Shown one piece after another: positions 30,302-43,589 of a stretch of DNA of 64,000 bases. The translations under genes and the position numbers were made by a program. The notes beneath the pieces were generated by a model. That model was given only the letters and a program-made list of their open reading frames with translations, had not been told where the DNA came from and searched no databases. How positions within the stretch are numbered: the first letter of the stretch is position 1; every line of letters starts with the position of its first letter. The stretch comes from Octopus sinensis (Eukaryota): the NCBI RefSeq assembly GCF_006345805.1, contig NC_042998.1, positions 129,084,001 to 129,148,000 on the forward strand, given 5' to 3'.

Positions 30302-30755
30302 CATGTGCATACGCGCGTACATGAGAATGTATAGGTAATATGGATAGAGAGAAAGATGTAGAAAGAGATACAGATATGTAAATACACACACATATGCGCG
30401 CGCACACACACACACGCATATGCGCTTGTAACGCATATATATATATATATATATATATACACACGCGCACACATATACACACATTGCTTAAATATATACA
30501 TTACTCTTACACACATTCAATCTACTCGCCATTAATACTACCACGACACTGGACACACACACACACTACTACTCAACACACGCTGGCACGCTACATACGC
30601 CCCCAACCCTTCCCCTCCCTCCCTTCCTCCTTCCTTCCTTTTCTTACTACTGACCTTTGTCTGCTAAGCTGACCATTGTCTCGCCCTACCTCACACGCCT
30701 ACACACAGACGCACACACTAACACATACATATATTTTTGTTTTTTTATCTCGCCT

Positions 30756-30789
<34 letters not shown>

Positions 30790-31332
30790 CACCACACACA
30801 CACATACACACACATCTGTTGCGTTACCAACCTTGTCTCCACTCTTTTGCCTTTAAAAACCTACTTTGCTCTTGTTATCGTAAACATCCGCCTTTCACCA
30901 TGTGCAACTCGTAAACACCAGTCGTTTTTTTTTCTCTATCCCTGTTGCCCGCTCTGGGATCTTTCTTTCCTCTCTCTTCCTTCTTTATGTTTCCGACGAA
31001 GAGCTCCGCTCGAAACGTCATACCTCCCTGCTTCCATTTCCTGAGCGCCTATTAATAATAATACTGTAATTGTTCCATTGTTGTTGTTTTTTTGTTTCCC
31101 GTTTATATATATATATATATATATATATATTATGCAATACTTTAATGGTGCTCCAGTTTTGAATAGGTCTTCTTTTGACATTTACTATAAATGTGTTTAG
31201 AACACACTTGTGCTTAGGTCAGCAACTTGTTTGATTGACAAATTGGCTTATATAGCTGGAGTAGCCTAGACATGAAGGTAGTAATTCAAACACACAGACA
31301 CACACACGCACGCGCACACACACACACACACG

Positions 31333-31364
<32 letters not shown>

Positions 31365-31799
31365 CACACACACAAAAGAACAATCAAACGCACTCAAACA
31401 CGCCTGTACACATATCTTTGTGTTTTGGTAAACTGGAATATTTCCTTATGCTCAAAAGTCCACGCATTTGATGTTAGTCAAGTGTACCTTTTGTCGGTGA
31501 TTCTCAAACGTATATATGTATATATTAATAACTATATGATAATTGCGTGGATGTGTATATGTATGTACGTAAGTATGCATGTATATATAAACATATTTGC
31601 ATGCCTATATATTCGCATACATAGATAGATAGATACATACATACATGTATATATACATGTACATGTATGCAAGCATACAGAAAGATGTATGTATGCAAAC
31701 TAATATATATATATGTAATTGTCAAAGAGGACAAAAAATGTTAAAGCAAGGCAAACAACTCAAGTCATATACATTATTTTTATTAGAAAAAATTCAGTC

Positions 31800-32100
31800 T
31801 TACAACTGTATCTGGGATATACCAGAGTATGGGATATTCCGTAATCAGAGACGTCATTTTGCCGGGTTAAATTTTGATTTATTTTTCGCCAAGGATTCGT
31901 CATTCTCATTAATTTTATCAGTAAAAAATTCCTCAAAGTTTTTGATGTCTTCCTCCAATTCCTGATGGTGGCTGTAGGTGTAGGTGTGAACTTTACTCCT
32001 TTCATCAATAATCGAAGTTCACCACTGTTTATATTTCTTCTAGAGAGATTAATAATTTTAGGGTCTATCCTATAAGTTGTTTCACAGTTGTTTCTTCTTG
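31800..32100 (-). mobile_element. Penelope-like element ORF N-terminal remnant
   Basis: LSRRNINSGELRLLMKGVKFTPTP..ELEEDIKNF...SLAKNKSKFNP matches the PLE N-terminal pattern NLS..LL.KGLKF.PTP. Confidence 0.7.
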
Positions 32101-33329
32101 GACGGGATCTATGTCAGTAATATCGGTGCGTCCGACCAATCGTGACGTTTAAGTTGCATGCTGATTGGTCAAAACAGTATTCCAAAATTCAGTTTGTTGG
32201 AACCTTCTAAAAGCTATAAAAATGAATAAGTCAGTCATTTTAGTACAGTTGTCAAGAACTCAACTGTCAGTTAAATACATTTTGAAATCTGACGATTACT
32301 ACGAACGCATGAAAGCGCTAATTGAACTTTATGAACATTACAATATATTTTTTAAAATTTTAACACACTTCAACATTGCAAATGTATTTTGAAATACAAT
32401 AATAAATAACATGAAAACCAGACGATTCACCTTTGGCTACAGTGGTTTAAGGTATAATTTAATGTTATATCATTGTTATTTGGTGCTGTAACATAAATCC
32501 GGAACTGTAATAGTTTTGATGTATAATAGGACGTCTCTTTTGGATACGGCTAACCGATAGGTTATTGGTTCGTATCATATCATCAGCACTGCAATATTGG
32601 CCCAAGACATATTTATAGCGCTAAAATTGTCGCTTCACTTAGCTGCAAGATGTTATTGTTTAGACCCAAGTCTGCCCTGATTTAGAAGACATGAGCAAAT
32701 GTATTTTCATTTTTTTACCAGATAGTATATTTAATGCTACATTGTTCAATATATCTTTAAAAAAGATGTAATTTTAGGGAAATTTGGGTATTACTTTTAG
32801 CAGATCGTGCGGCCATTTGAAACTCGTTGTGTTTTTAGCGGCAAGTTAGTAGCGAAGTGGCTGTAGCGCTCGGGTGTATATAGCAGTAGTTAGTGTCTAT
32901 GTTTGTCCTGTCATAAACTGGCTTATGATTGACTGGTGTACTAGAATTTGGAGATAATCACTGAACCAGGATGACAGTAAATGAAAATAATATAAGATAT
33001 ATTGCTGTGTTGTTTGTCGCTTTTTTGTTTTGTTTTATAAGACCAAGTCATCCTTGATCACGTAGACTTAATCTAGGAGCCAACGAGGGAGCTCCTACAC
33101 GTTTAATCAACGTGTTATAATTATCAGTAAAACCTCCTTAGATTATGTAAATGCAATATAATGAAGTGCAATTGTGTGCAGAATAATGTTGTTGTTTCGT
33201 AATTATGGGGCTGTGTAGGAAAGGTAAGTGGCGTGTATTTATAACGTAGTAGGAAACAGAAAGAACAATTGATATTGAAATAAAGTATTCATGTGTGAAT
33301 AACACACGACAATAGGTAAGATAAAGGCG

Positions 33330-33540
33330 GCTTACCTGCACAATTGTTAGCACGCCGCGCAAAATGCTTTACGCCATTTTTCCCATCTTCAAATTCTGAG
33401 TTCTAATTCCGCCGAGGTCGACTTTATCTTTAATCCTTTTGGGGTTGATAGAATGAGTACCAGTTGTGTACTGAGGCGATGTAATCGACTTACTTCCTCC
33501 CCTCAACTTACTGGCCTTGTACCAACATTTGAAATCATTA
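33330..33540 (+). mobile_element. Nin-domain SINE, tail type B
   Basis: GTTAGCACGCCG..GAGTTCTAATTCCGCCGAGGTCGACTTT..GGCCTTGTACCAACATTTGAAA. Confidence 0.8.
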
Positions 33541-33840
33541 TATAATACAGATAAATCTTTGAAAAATACTGTAGTATTTTAACCTTCTAAATTATAAGAA
33601 GCATATCATTTTGGAAGAACCATTTGTGTAAGGAAATATCTAAAGTATTTGAAAGAGACCTTCCTTATGAAGTAATTAAAAATGTTTTAAATTGCAATAC
33701 CTTTGAAACTATGGATTTAAACTTACATGCCGAAAGTAAGTTTAAATAAAACAGAAAATAATACTAAAACATGGATATTTTGACTGTAGTGAAGAAGATA
33801 TCTTCTCAGAATGGTAAGCAGAAGTATTAGATAAGATTAA

Positions 33841-33847
33841 TATATAT

Positions 33848-33880
<33 letters not shown>

Positions 33881-33935
33881 CATCCATATATATATATATA
33901 TATACAATACATACATATATAATATATATTATTAC

Positions 33936-33988
<53 letters not shown>

Positions 33989-34006
33989 CATATATATATA
34001 ATATAC

Positions 34007-34039
<33 letters not shown>

Positions 34040-34083
34040 ATACATATATACATATATATACATATATACATATATACATATAT

Positions 34084-34149
<66 letters not shown>

Positions 34150-34150
34150 C

Positions 34151-34191
<41 letters not shown>

Positions 34192-34263
34192 ATACTATAT
34201 AATATATATATATATATAATATATACATTATATATATATATACATATATATACATATATCATT

Positions 34264-34295
<32 letters not shown>

Positions 34296-34503
34296 TACAT
34301 ATATATATATATCTATATATACATATATATATATATATATATACATAATATTAATATATATATATATATAATTAATATTATATATATATATATATATATC
34401 TATATATTATATACATACATACATATATATAGTATACATATATATATATATTATATATATCTATATATATTATATATATACATATATATATATATATAGA
34501 TAC

Positions 34504-34566
<63 letters not shown>

Positions 34567-34624
34567 CATATTATATATATAATAATATATATTATATATA
34601 TATATATATCTATATATTATACAT

Positions 34625-34660
<36 letters not shown>

Positions 34661-34814
34661 CATATAGTATACATATATACTATATATATAACATATATAT
34701 ATATACTATAATACATATATTATATATATATATACATATAATATATATATAATATACATATATATATAACATATATATATATATTATACATATATATATA
34801 TAACATATATATAC

Positions 34815-34845
<31 letters not shown>

Positions 34846-34870
34846 CATATATATAATATAATATATATAT
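33841..34870. repeat. Long imperfect (TA)n/(TACATA)n tract
   Basis: Directly visible. Confidence 0.95.
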
Positions 34871-34874
34871 ACTT

Positions 34875-35984
34875 AACAATTGAGGGCATAAATTAATAAT
34901 TATTAATCAATTTCACCAAGTGTTCAGTATGCAAAGGGACCATTCAAGGCTAATTAAATATTACTATATAAAAGGGCTTAGTAAAATAAATTATTTGCCG
35001 CATACTGAACTCATTAGAAATAGCAGCTAAAAAACTTTTTTAAGGCTATTTCTAATACTTAAAGAAAATCTCTCTCATATATAGTGTTTGCATAATTTAC
35101 TCACAAAAGTTGGGGGAATGACATCGGAAAAATCAAATGCTAAGGTTATTCGAGAACGTACGTTTCAAGATTAGTCAAACAACTTTTTATATCATCGGCT
35201 CGGAAATTCCTTGGTTTGGATTGGAAATGGAAACACTGAAAATAAGAACATACCTCTCGAAGATCTGCTCCCAACTAACAGTGTCAACAAATTCAAATAA
35301 GCAAGCGAAGAAGAAGCTCTGTTCTCCCCTTTCCACCAGCGTGGGTTAAAATCATCAACTCTATGCTTATTTCGTAAAGTCCGAAGCATTAATCAGAGGG
35401 AGATTATATAATTTCAACAATTGAGGGCAAAATTAATTAATTATTAATCAATTTCACCAAGTGTTCAGTATGCAAAGGGACCATTCAAGGCTATATTCAA
35501 ATTATTACATTATATAAAAGGGCTTAGTAAAATAAATTACTTTGCCGCATACTGAACTCATTAGAAATAGACAGCTAAAAAACTTTTTTAAGGCTATTCT
35601 AATACTTAAAGAAAATCTCTCTCATATATAGTGTTTGCATAATTTAACTCACAAAAGTTTGGGGGTAATGACATCGAAAAATCAATGCTAAGGTTATCGA
35701 GAACGTACGTTTCAAGATTAGTCAAAAAACATTTCAATCCAAAACCAAGGAATTTCCGAGCCGATGATAGAAATGTTGTTTTGACATCTTGAAACGTACG
35801 TTCGCGAATACCTTAGCATTTGATTTTTCGATGTCATTACCCCCCAAACTTTTGTGAGTTAAATTATGCAACACTATATATGAGAGAGATTTTCTTTAAG
35901 TATTAGAACGAGCTTAAAAAGTTTTTAGCTGCTATTCTAATGAGTTCATATGCGGCAAAGTAATTTATTTTACTAAGCCCTTTT
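34875..35984. mobile_element. Hammerhead-bearing repeat: 541-bp unit, partial direct copy and inverted copy (Penelope pLTR or retrozyme-like)
   Basis: Unit 34875-35415; direct copy 35416-35733; inverted copy ~35735-35984. Hammerhead-like motif at 35149-35205 (-) and 35754-35808 (+). Confidence 0.7.
35754..35808 (+). ncRNA. Type I minimal hammerhead-ribozyme-like motif (CCGAUGA core variant)
   Basis: TTCCGAG-CCGATGA-stem II (tAGAaATGTT..GACATCTt)-GAAAC GTAC GTT-C(G)CGAA; palindromic stem III ACGTACGT. Confidence 0.55.
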
Positions 35985-35989
35985 AATAA

Positions 35990-35992
35990 TAC

Positions 35993-36025
<33 letters not shown>

Positions 36026-36077
36026 CATAATATATATTACATATATATATATAACATATATATAATATATATATAAC

Positions 36078-36122
<45 letters not shown>

Positions 36123-36511
36123 TATTATATACATATATACACATATATATATATACATATATATATATAGACATATATATAGATTATATATACATATATA
36201 TATATACTATATATACATAGAAATATATATATATCATTATACCATATAATATATACATATAACATATTATTATATATACATATACACATATATATATATA
36301 TAATAATACATTATTATATATACATATATATATACATATATATAATACATATATATTACATTATATATATATACATTATATATATATACCTATAATATAT
36401 ATAATATATATAAATCATATATACATATATATATATATCTTACATAATATTTATACATTATATATAACATAATATATATTACATTTATATATATATATAC
36501 ATTATATATAG

Positions 36512-36593
<82 letters not shown>

Positions 36594-36635
36594 ATATAAC
36601 ATAATATATATATATATAATATATATATATAATAC

Positions 36636-36668
<33 letters not shown>

Positions 36669-37344
36669 CATATATTTACATATATATATTATACATATAT
36701 ATACATATATTATATACATATATATATATATAATACATATATACATATATATAATATACATATATACATATATATATAGACATATATATATAAACAATAA
36801 TATATTACATATATATATATATATACATATATATTATACATATATATATACATATATAATTATACATATATACATATATAATATACATAATATTATATAC
36901 CTATATATATATAGATATATATAACATATATATATATACATATATATATAATAATATATATATACATATATATATATACATATATATATATCCATATATA
37001 TATACATATATACATATAATATATACATATATACATATATATATATACATATACACATATATATATACATATATATATATACATATATATATATAACATA
37101 TATATATACACTATATATTAATACATATATATATATACATAATATATACATATATACTATACATATAATACTATATATATATACATATATATATATACAT
37201 ATTATATGTACATATATATATATATATGTAATATAGATATATACATATATATATATACATATATATATATATACATATATATAGATATACATATATAATA
37301 TACATAATATAATATATATATACATATATAATAATATACATATA

Positions 37345-37379
<35 letters not shown>

Positions 37380-37401
37380 TCTATACATATATTATAACAT
37401 A

Positions 37402-37433
<32 letters not shown>

Positions 37434-37468
37434 CCTATATATATATATATACATATATACATATATAC

Positions 37469-37504
<36 letters not shown>

Positions 37505-37506
37505 AC

Positions 37507-37556
<50 letters not shown>

Positions 37557-37620
37557 ATATATATATATTACATATATATATATATATATATATATATCAT
37601 ATATATATATTATATATATA
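35990..37620. repeat. Long imperfect (TA)n/(TACATA)n tract
   Basis: Directly visible. Confidence 0.95.
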
Positions 37621-37649
37621 CACGTATATAATTTGCAGCCCAGTCTGAC

Positions 37650-39900
37650 AAAAATAATGTTATTTTCTTTTGAAAAGTATAGACATAATTAAACCATAAA
37701 TATTGAAATATACTGTTACATAAAAAGTATTGCCAATTCCCCAAATGTTATACGAATTAACTAAACCAATTAGTTCAAAATTTTTTAATTACAATGAATT
37801 ACAAAAACAAAAGTGTAAATATAAAATAGTTATAAGAGGTAACGAAACAGTGCCAAGAAAATAATTTAAAAATAAAAAAAAATAAAAATCATAATGAAAA
37901 TTTTTCCAGGAGATTTTAAAATATTGAAAAATGAAAGTCTCATTAATTTATTTACGAAAATGCCTAAGATTCATGTAAAGAAAACAAAAAGTTTAAGATT
38001 GTTTATATAGACATTTAAAAAATCAGAAAAATTTATTACTAAAAGAAATAATAAATTGAGAATCAATGAATAAAAAAAATCTCTGCATGGAAAAGCAAAA
38101 TATTAGAATTAGTTTAGAAGCGTATCAATACAATTTTAAAAGAAAACAAAGCGTAAATTATAATTTTAAAAAATACACTAAACAACTCAAATAAGCAGGA
38201 TGAACTGATTTGCAAAAAAAGATTATAATAACGTCAACGTGTAAACAAAATATAACACAGCATTGGTATGTGAACTATTTTTATATACAGAAACTAATGG
38301 AACAAGAATCAATGATAACAAAGGCATAGACGAAAATTAAACAAATATAAATAATCTGATACAATAGCATGAAGATTTAACATTAATGATTTAAAAAAAT
38401 AAATAAGGAATAGCTCCCTCTATACTGTATTTCCAGAATACATAAAATTAGGATTTACAATTTCATCAACAAAACATACTGGGAAACCTGTAATAATAAT
38501 AACACGCATACTGAATTTGTAACTTAAATGTATCGAAGAGTATAGTAATAAATGTAAATGTTTTCTGATGATAGTTGGCAATAGGTTTATCAATATTATT
38601 AATATAATTATTAAGATATAAAATCCAGATGTCAAGAATAGATGTAAAATAGATAATTTTAACTTCACTATATTGTACATTGTATTTTCTCAGAATGAAT
38701 TCAATAATGTCTTATAAGAAATAATAATGCTTTGCTTTCATAAAGGAAATAAAGTGAACTTTGCTACAAATAGATTAGCTGTATAAGAGACTGACAAAAA
38801 TAGATACATAAAAATACGAAACATAAATCAAGTTTTAGTGTCGTTAACATTCAATGGAACAAGAATACAGCAATATAATGGATATTTTGAATTGTAAGTG
38901 TATATAATTTATTCCCTTAAATTAGAATCCAATGGGTTTTAACAAGTTCCTCTATATGATAAACATATTTCCTTTCTAAAATGAAAATAAATGGATAAAC
39001 AATAATACTTTGCGCAATTGAAATAAAATATAAACATAAATATAGATTTAGGCATATCAATGATTTGATTGCTATATCTATTTAATTCCTGAAAATCATG
39101 TGAAAAGATGATATGTCTCTTAAAAAGTTGGAAATATATAAAAAATGAATATTGCAAATTAACAGCAAATGATTTAGACATATGTACAATCAATAAAAAT
39201 ATGATATTAAAATATAGAACAAAATCAATAAAGACCAATATTGAGTGAGATGAATATAATAAACATTGTAATAAAACAAGTCAAATATTATAGGCAACAA
39301 TACGTATTAAAATACGAAATAAAAACTATCAAAATATATCAATAATATAGCGATGTTTAAATCATACGCAAATTCAAGGAGAAAGAAAAGTACTTTCAAA
39401 AGCAAAGTAGACAGGTATATAACATAACAAGAAAAGAAAAAGAATTATTTTCAATAAAATCGCAATTATTATAAAACATTTTTGAATTATAATATATTTG
39501 ATATCTTAAGACACAAACATGAAGCGCAAGAAGTATAACAATAAATTTAAATGTATATTTTAAGTACAAAATTTGGTTACTATAAATAATAATTTGATTT
39601 GAAGATATTAAAATATTAAAAAGAGATAACATTCCTTTGAGGCAGAAATTAATGACAAAAGACCTCAACAAACTAGTGCAAAACATTTTAGACATACAAA
39701 AAATAAAATATAATATAGAAAAAAATCACTCATAAAATAAAAGGGCAAATATTATCAAAATACTAGCAGTATGACAAACAAATATACTGTATATCAATAA
39801 AACGTGAAAAATTTAGGTTAGTATATTCAAAAATTAGAAGTCAAAAATAAAAATTAATAACTAAAGAAAAAACAATGAAAAGTATATAATAGAATAAAAT
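37650..39900 (+). mobile_element. Highly decayed, very A-rich LINE (L1/Tx1-like) remnant
   Basis: Strong A skew on + and faint motifs in LINE order: IFPGDF (APE-like), NRNSS, DSW..SILL (WRPIxLL-like), KY.LGI. No intact frame. Confidence 0.4.
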
Positions 39901-41770
39901 TAAATATGTTATCCGACAACCAAATAACTGCCAGACAATCAATAATATTATACTGTTTGTCATGGTAGTTGTTCGAATGTTACACTTTTAAATACGTTAA
40001 CTTCGGAACGAAAACGAAGGCATGATTAAGACCTGTTTTATAAGCGTTTCTAACATAAACACAAGTCCTGAAATTTTGTAGAGGGTAAGGTTGGTCGATT
40101 AAATCGAATCCAGTGTTACACTTGCGGCTTATTTTGTCTTCCCTGGAGGTATGAACTGCAAAGCTAACCCCGATGGCATTTGAATTCATAACGCAAAGAT
40201 CAGTTACTCAATGCCGCGACATATTTTGAATTGACGCTCTTTTGATTTTGCCAATCCACCACCTTGAAATCTTTAACTAACGTAAGGAAACAAGATCGAG
40301 CCCTATATTTTATACCAGTTTATCTAAGGAACACAATCAAAGACATAATCGAAATGGTTAACATATTTTATTCTGTAATTTAACTAAAGAATGAAATCAA
40401 AGTCACATTTGAAATCTTCAATGGAATAAAACAACAATAATACGGAGAAATTAGAGTATTCTTAATATTCGATATTTCCACGGATCCTGTTAGTAAACAA
40501 AACAGTAAAGAAATAATGATAAAAAGCACTCTACTTAAACAATCTCATACCTAAATATCTAAAATGCTCAGGTCAAGGAAACCTCTATGTGTTCTCTTGA
40601 ACTGCTAGAAATAGCAGCTAAATTTACATCAAATGTCTCACTGCCCTGTGCGTGTGTGTGCACGCGCGCGCACGTGTGTATTACACAATGATACTGAAAT
40701 GGAAACATAATTAACATTAAAAAAGTAATATAAGTGTTCTTTAATTATTATATTATTAGTGTAACATATTACGAATGACACTAGTAAATAGAAGATATTA
40801 AATTGATATATCATTTATTAATTGAATAAAAGAATCTGTCTTATAACTGAAAAAATATTTATATTAAAACATGAGAATGCATCGCGGTATCTCCTTCAGC
40901 TCTTTACGTTCTAAGTTTAATTCTTGACAGTATCATCTTTGTCTTTTATCTTTCAGGATCGTTAAAGTACCAGTCAAGTACTGAGATCAATGATATAATC
41001 TAATCCCGCTTCTTCAAAATTGCTAACCTAACGTCAATAAAAAAAAACAAAAAAACTACCAGTAACAATGATTACTGACAGACTCATGATCTCACATTTC
41101 ACCATTGGATATAATCAGTAATATAAAATTCATTCATTGACTGGTATTTCTGATATAAACATCGGAATGATTAGAGTAAAAATTGGACGCGGAAACATTT
41201 GAACGAAGAACGTAACTGGAGCTAATGAAACTTCATAAGTTATTTTCCGTCGTTCGGCGATAGCTTGAGCTGGATATAATACGCGGAAATCTTAACAATA
41301 TGAGAAGGATTTGCGAAGAGCTGATCTAAATAATAACGTTAGTCTAAAGTATATTTTAAGGGAGGAGAACACGCTATTTAATTGACTCCTGTGCTTGGTG
41401 CTTATCTTTATTTTTTTTCATCAGTTCTTGAACAATGACAACCAAAGTCCACGATAGTATTTAAGTTCATAATAATAATGGATTCAAATTTTGACTCAAG
41501 TTTCAGGGGAAGGGGTAAGCCCATTACATTGACCTCAATCATCAACTGCTACTTATTTTATTGATCTCGAAATGATGATAGGCAAAGTCGACCTCAGTAC
41601 GAAAGCTACAGCAGTTATTTGATGATTGTCGCAGTCAATTACGTCCGCTCTAAAATTTGATTGTCGGTAAGCTTATTGGTTATCTGCTTACCGTAGTTTA
41701 TTCACTGGCTGTGAGTTAATTACTAAATGTAACTGTATTACCCAAATGCAGATTCAAATGCAAAGATATT

Positions 41771-42384
41771 TGTTTCTACTCTAGGCACAAGGCCCGAAAT
41801 CTTGGGGGAGGGGGCCAGTCGATTCCATGGACCTCAGTACGCAACTGGTACTTAATTTATTGATCCCGAATGGATAAGACGCAAAGTCGACTTCGGTGGA
41901 ATTTGAACTCAGAACGTAAAGACAGACGAAATACCGCTACGCATTTTGCCTGGCGTACTAACGTTTCTTATTTCTTTACTGCCCACAAGGAGCTACACAC
42001 AGAAGGGACAAACAAGGACAGAGAAACGGATTAAGTCGATTATATCGACCCAAGTGCGTAACTGGTACTTATTTAATCGACCCCAAAAGAATGAAGGGCA
42101 AAGTCGACCTCGGCGGAATTTGAACTCAGAACATAGCGGCAGACAAACTACCTATTTCTTTACTACCCACAATGGGTTAAACACAGTGAGGACAAACAAG
42201 GACAGACAAACGGATTAAGTTGATTATATCGACCCAAGTGCGTAACTGGTAGTTATTTAATCGACCCCGAAAGGATGAAAGGCAAAGTCGACCTCGGCGG
42301 AATTTGAACTCAGAACGTAACGGCAGACGAAATACGGCTACGCATTTCGCCCAGCGTGCTAACATTTCTACCAGCTCGCCGCCT
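41771..42384 (-). mobile_element. Trimeric/nested Nin-domain SINE cassette (two tail-A copies and one tail-B copy) with 18-bp TSD
   Basis: TTCAAATGCAAAGATATT at 41753-41770 and 42385-42402; three GCAAAGTCGAC(C/T)TCGG(C/T)GGAATTTGAACTCAGAAC cores inside. Confidence 0.88.
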
Positions 42385-42831
42385 TTCAAATGCAAAGATA
42401 TTGCAAGATTGTATCCGGAGGGCGGTCTACTACTCGGTGAAAAGACTTATAATTTCCGAAAATCACAATTTAAATGATTATTAATAATTTTTTAAGGAAG
42501 AATTTGAGCATATGTTGACAAGTCGAAATAAATGCTTTTGATCAAAGGCTATCCAGCTGGAGCTGATATTGGTAAACAACAGTTAACGAGTCTCGAAGCT
42601 AGATGGAGTAAACAAAAAACGACAGGATAGATGCTGCGCTACCTTCAGTAATGTAGCACATACCTATAAATGAATACATGTATATGTGTCTATGTATGTA
42701 TGCATATATCTATAAACATAGACAGATGCAAACAAAACCTTGCTGCAGGTGAATTGTTATGCACACCACGTACATGTAAAATGTGCATTGCTTTTTACAT
42801 GCTACACTTCTTCTTCTTCTTCCGATTAGGA

Positions 42832-43050
42832 ATGCGGCGAGCGGAGAGAATTGTTAGCATGTCGCACAAGATAAAAATGCTTACAGGCATTTAGTACGTC
42901 GCTACGTTCTGAGTTCAAATTCCGCCGTGGTCGACTTTGCCTTTCACCTTTTCGGGGTCGGTAAGCAAATTACCACTTGAGCTGTGTGGTCAATGTAATC
43001 CACTTAACTCTCCCTCAGAACTGCTGTCTTTCTGCCAAAACTTGAAACCA
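42832..43050 (+). mobile_element. Nin-domain SINE, tail type B
   Basis: GAGTTCAAATTCCGCCG.GGTCGACTTTGCCTTTCACCTTTTCGGGGTCG..TGCCAAAACTTGAAA. Confidence 0.8.
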
Positions 43051-43492
43051 TTATTGGTGACTCATATTCAACATATTTACTATATAAGATATATTCTACA
43101 ACTTGTTTAATCTCAGGATGATGAGAATTTGTTCTCATCACCATATATATTATCATTATCATTTTAGTTGCTACAGAATGCTACGTTTTGACCACTGTGA
43201 ACAAGAATTTGGAAACACGTCTGCAAGTCGAAATATGTATATTTTTAGGATTAGACAAACATGTTCTTAGCCACGCACAAAATATGAGAACAAAGTGTTC
43301 TCTTTCCAGTTTTTCTTTATTTCGTATTTTTTCTTATTTCTTAATCCTTGCCTAGGAATTTTTATTTTTTGATACGATGGATATACACATCGAACCCGGT
43401 AATATTTTATAACAAATATGAAAATAATTATCCTATGAATTTAAAGAAGTAAAAATATATTCAAACAAGCTTCTCTGCTGTTTCCACATCTA

Positions 43493-43581
<89 letters not shown>

Positions 43582-43589
43582 AACGCTGT

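Noticed and set aside
33847-37519. Many ORFs rich in Y/I/C/V/H/T here and throughout the window
   Set aside because: They are translations of (TA)n, (CA)n, (TCTA)n, (TACA)n and (GA)n microsatellites.
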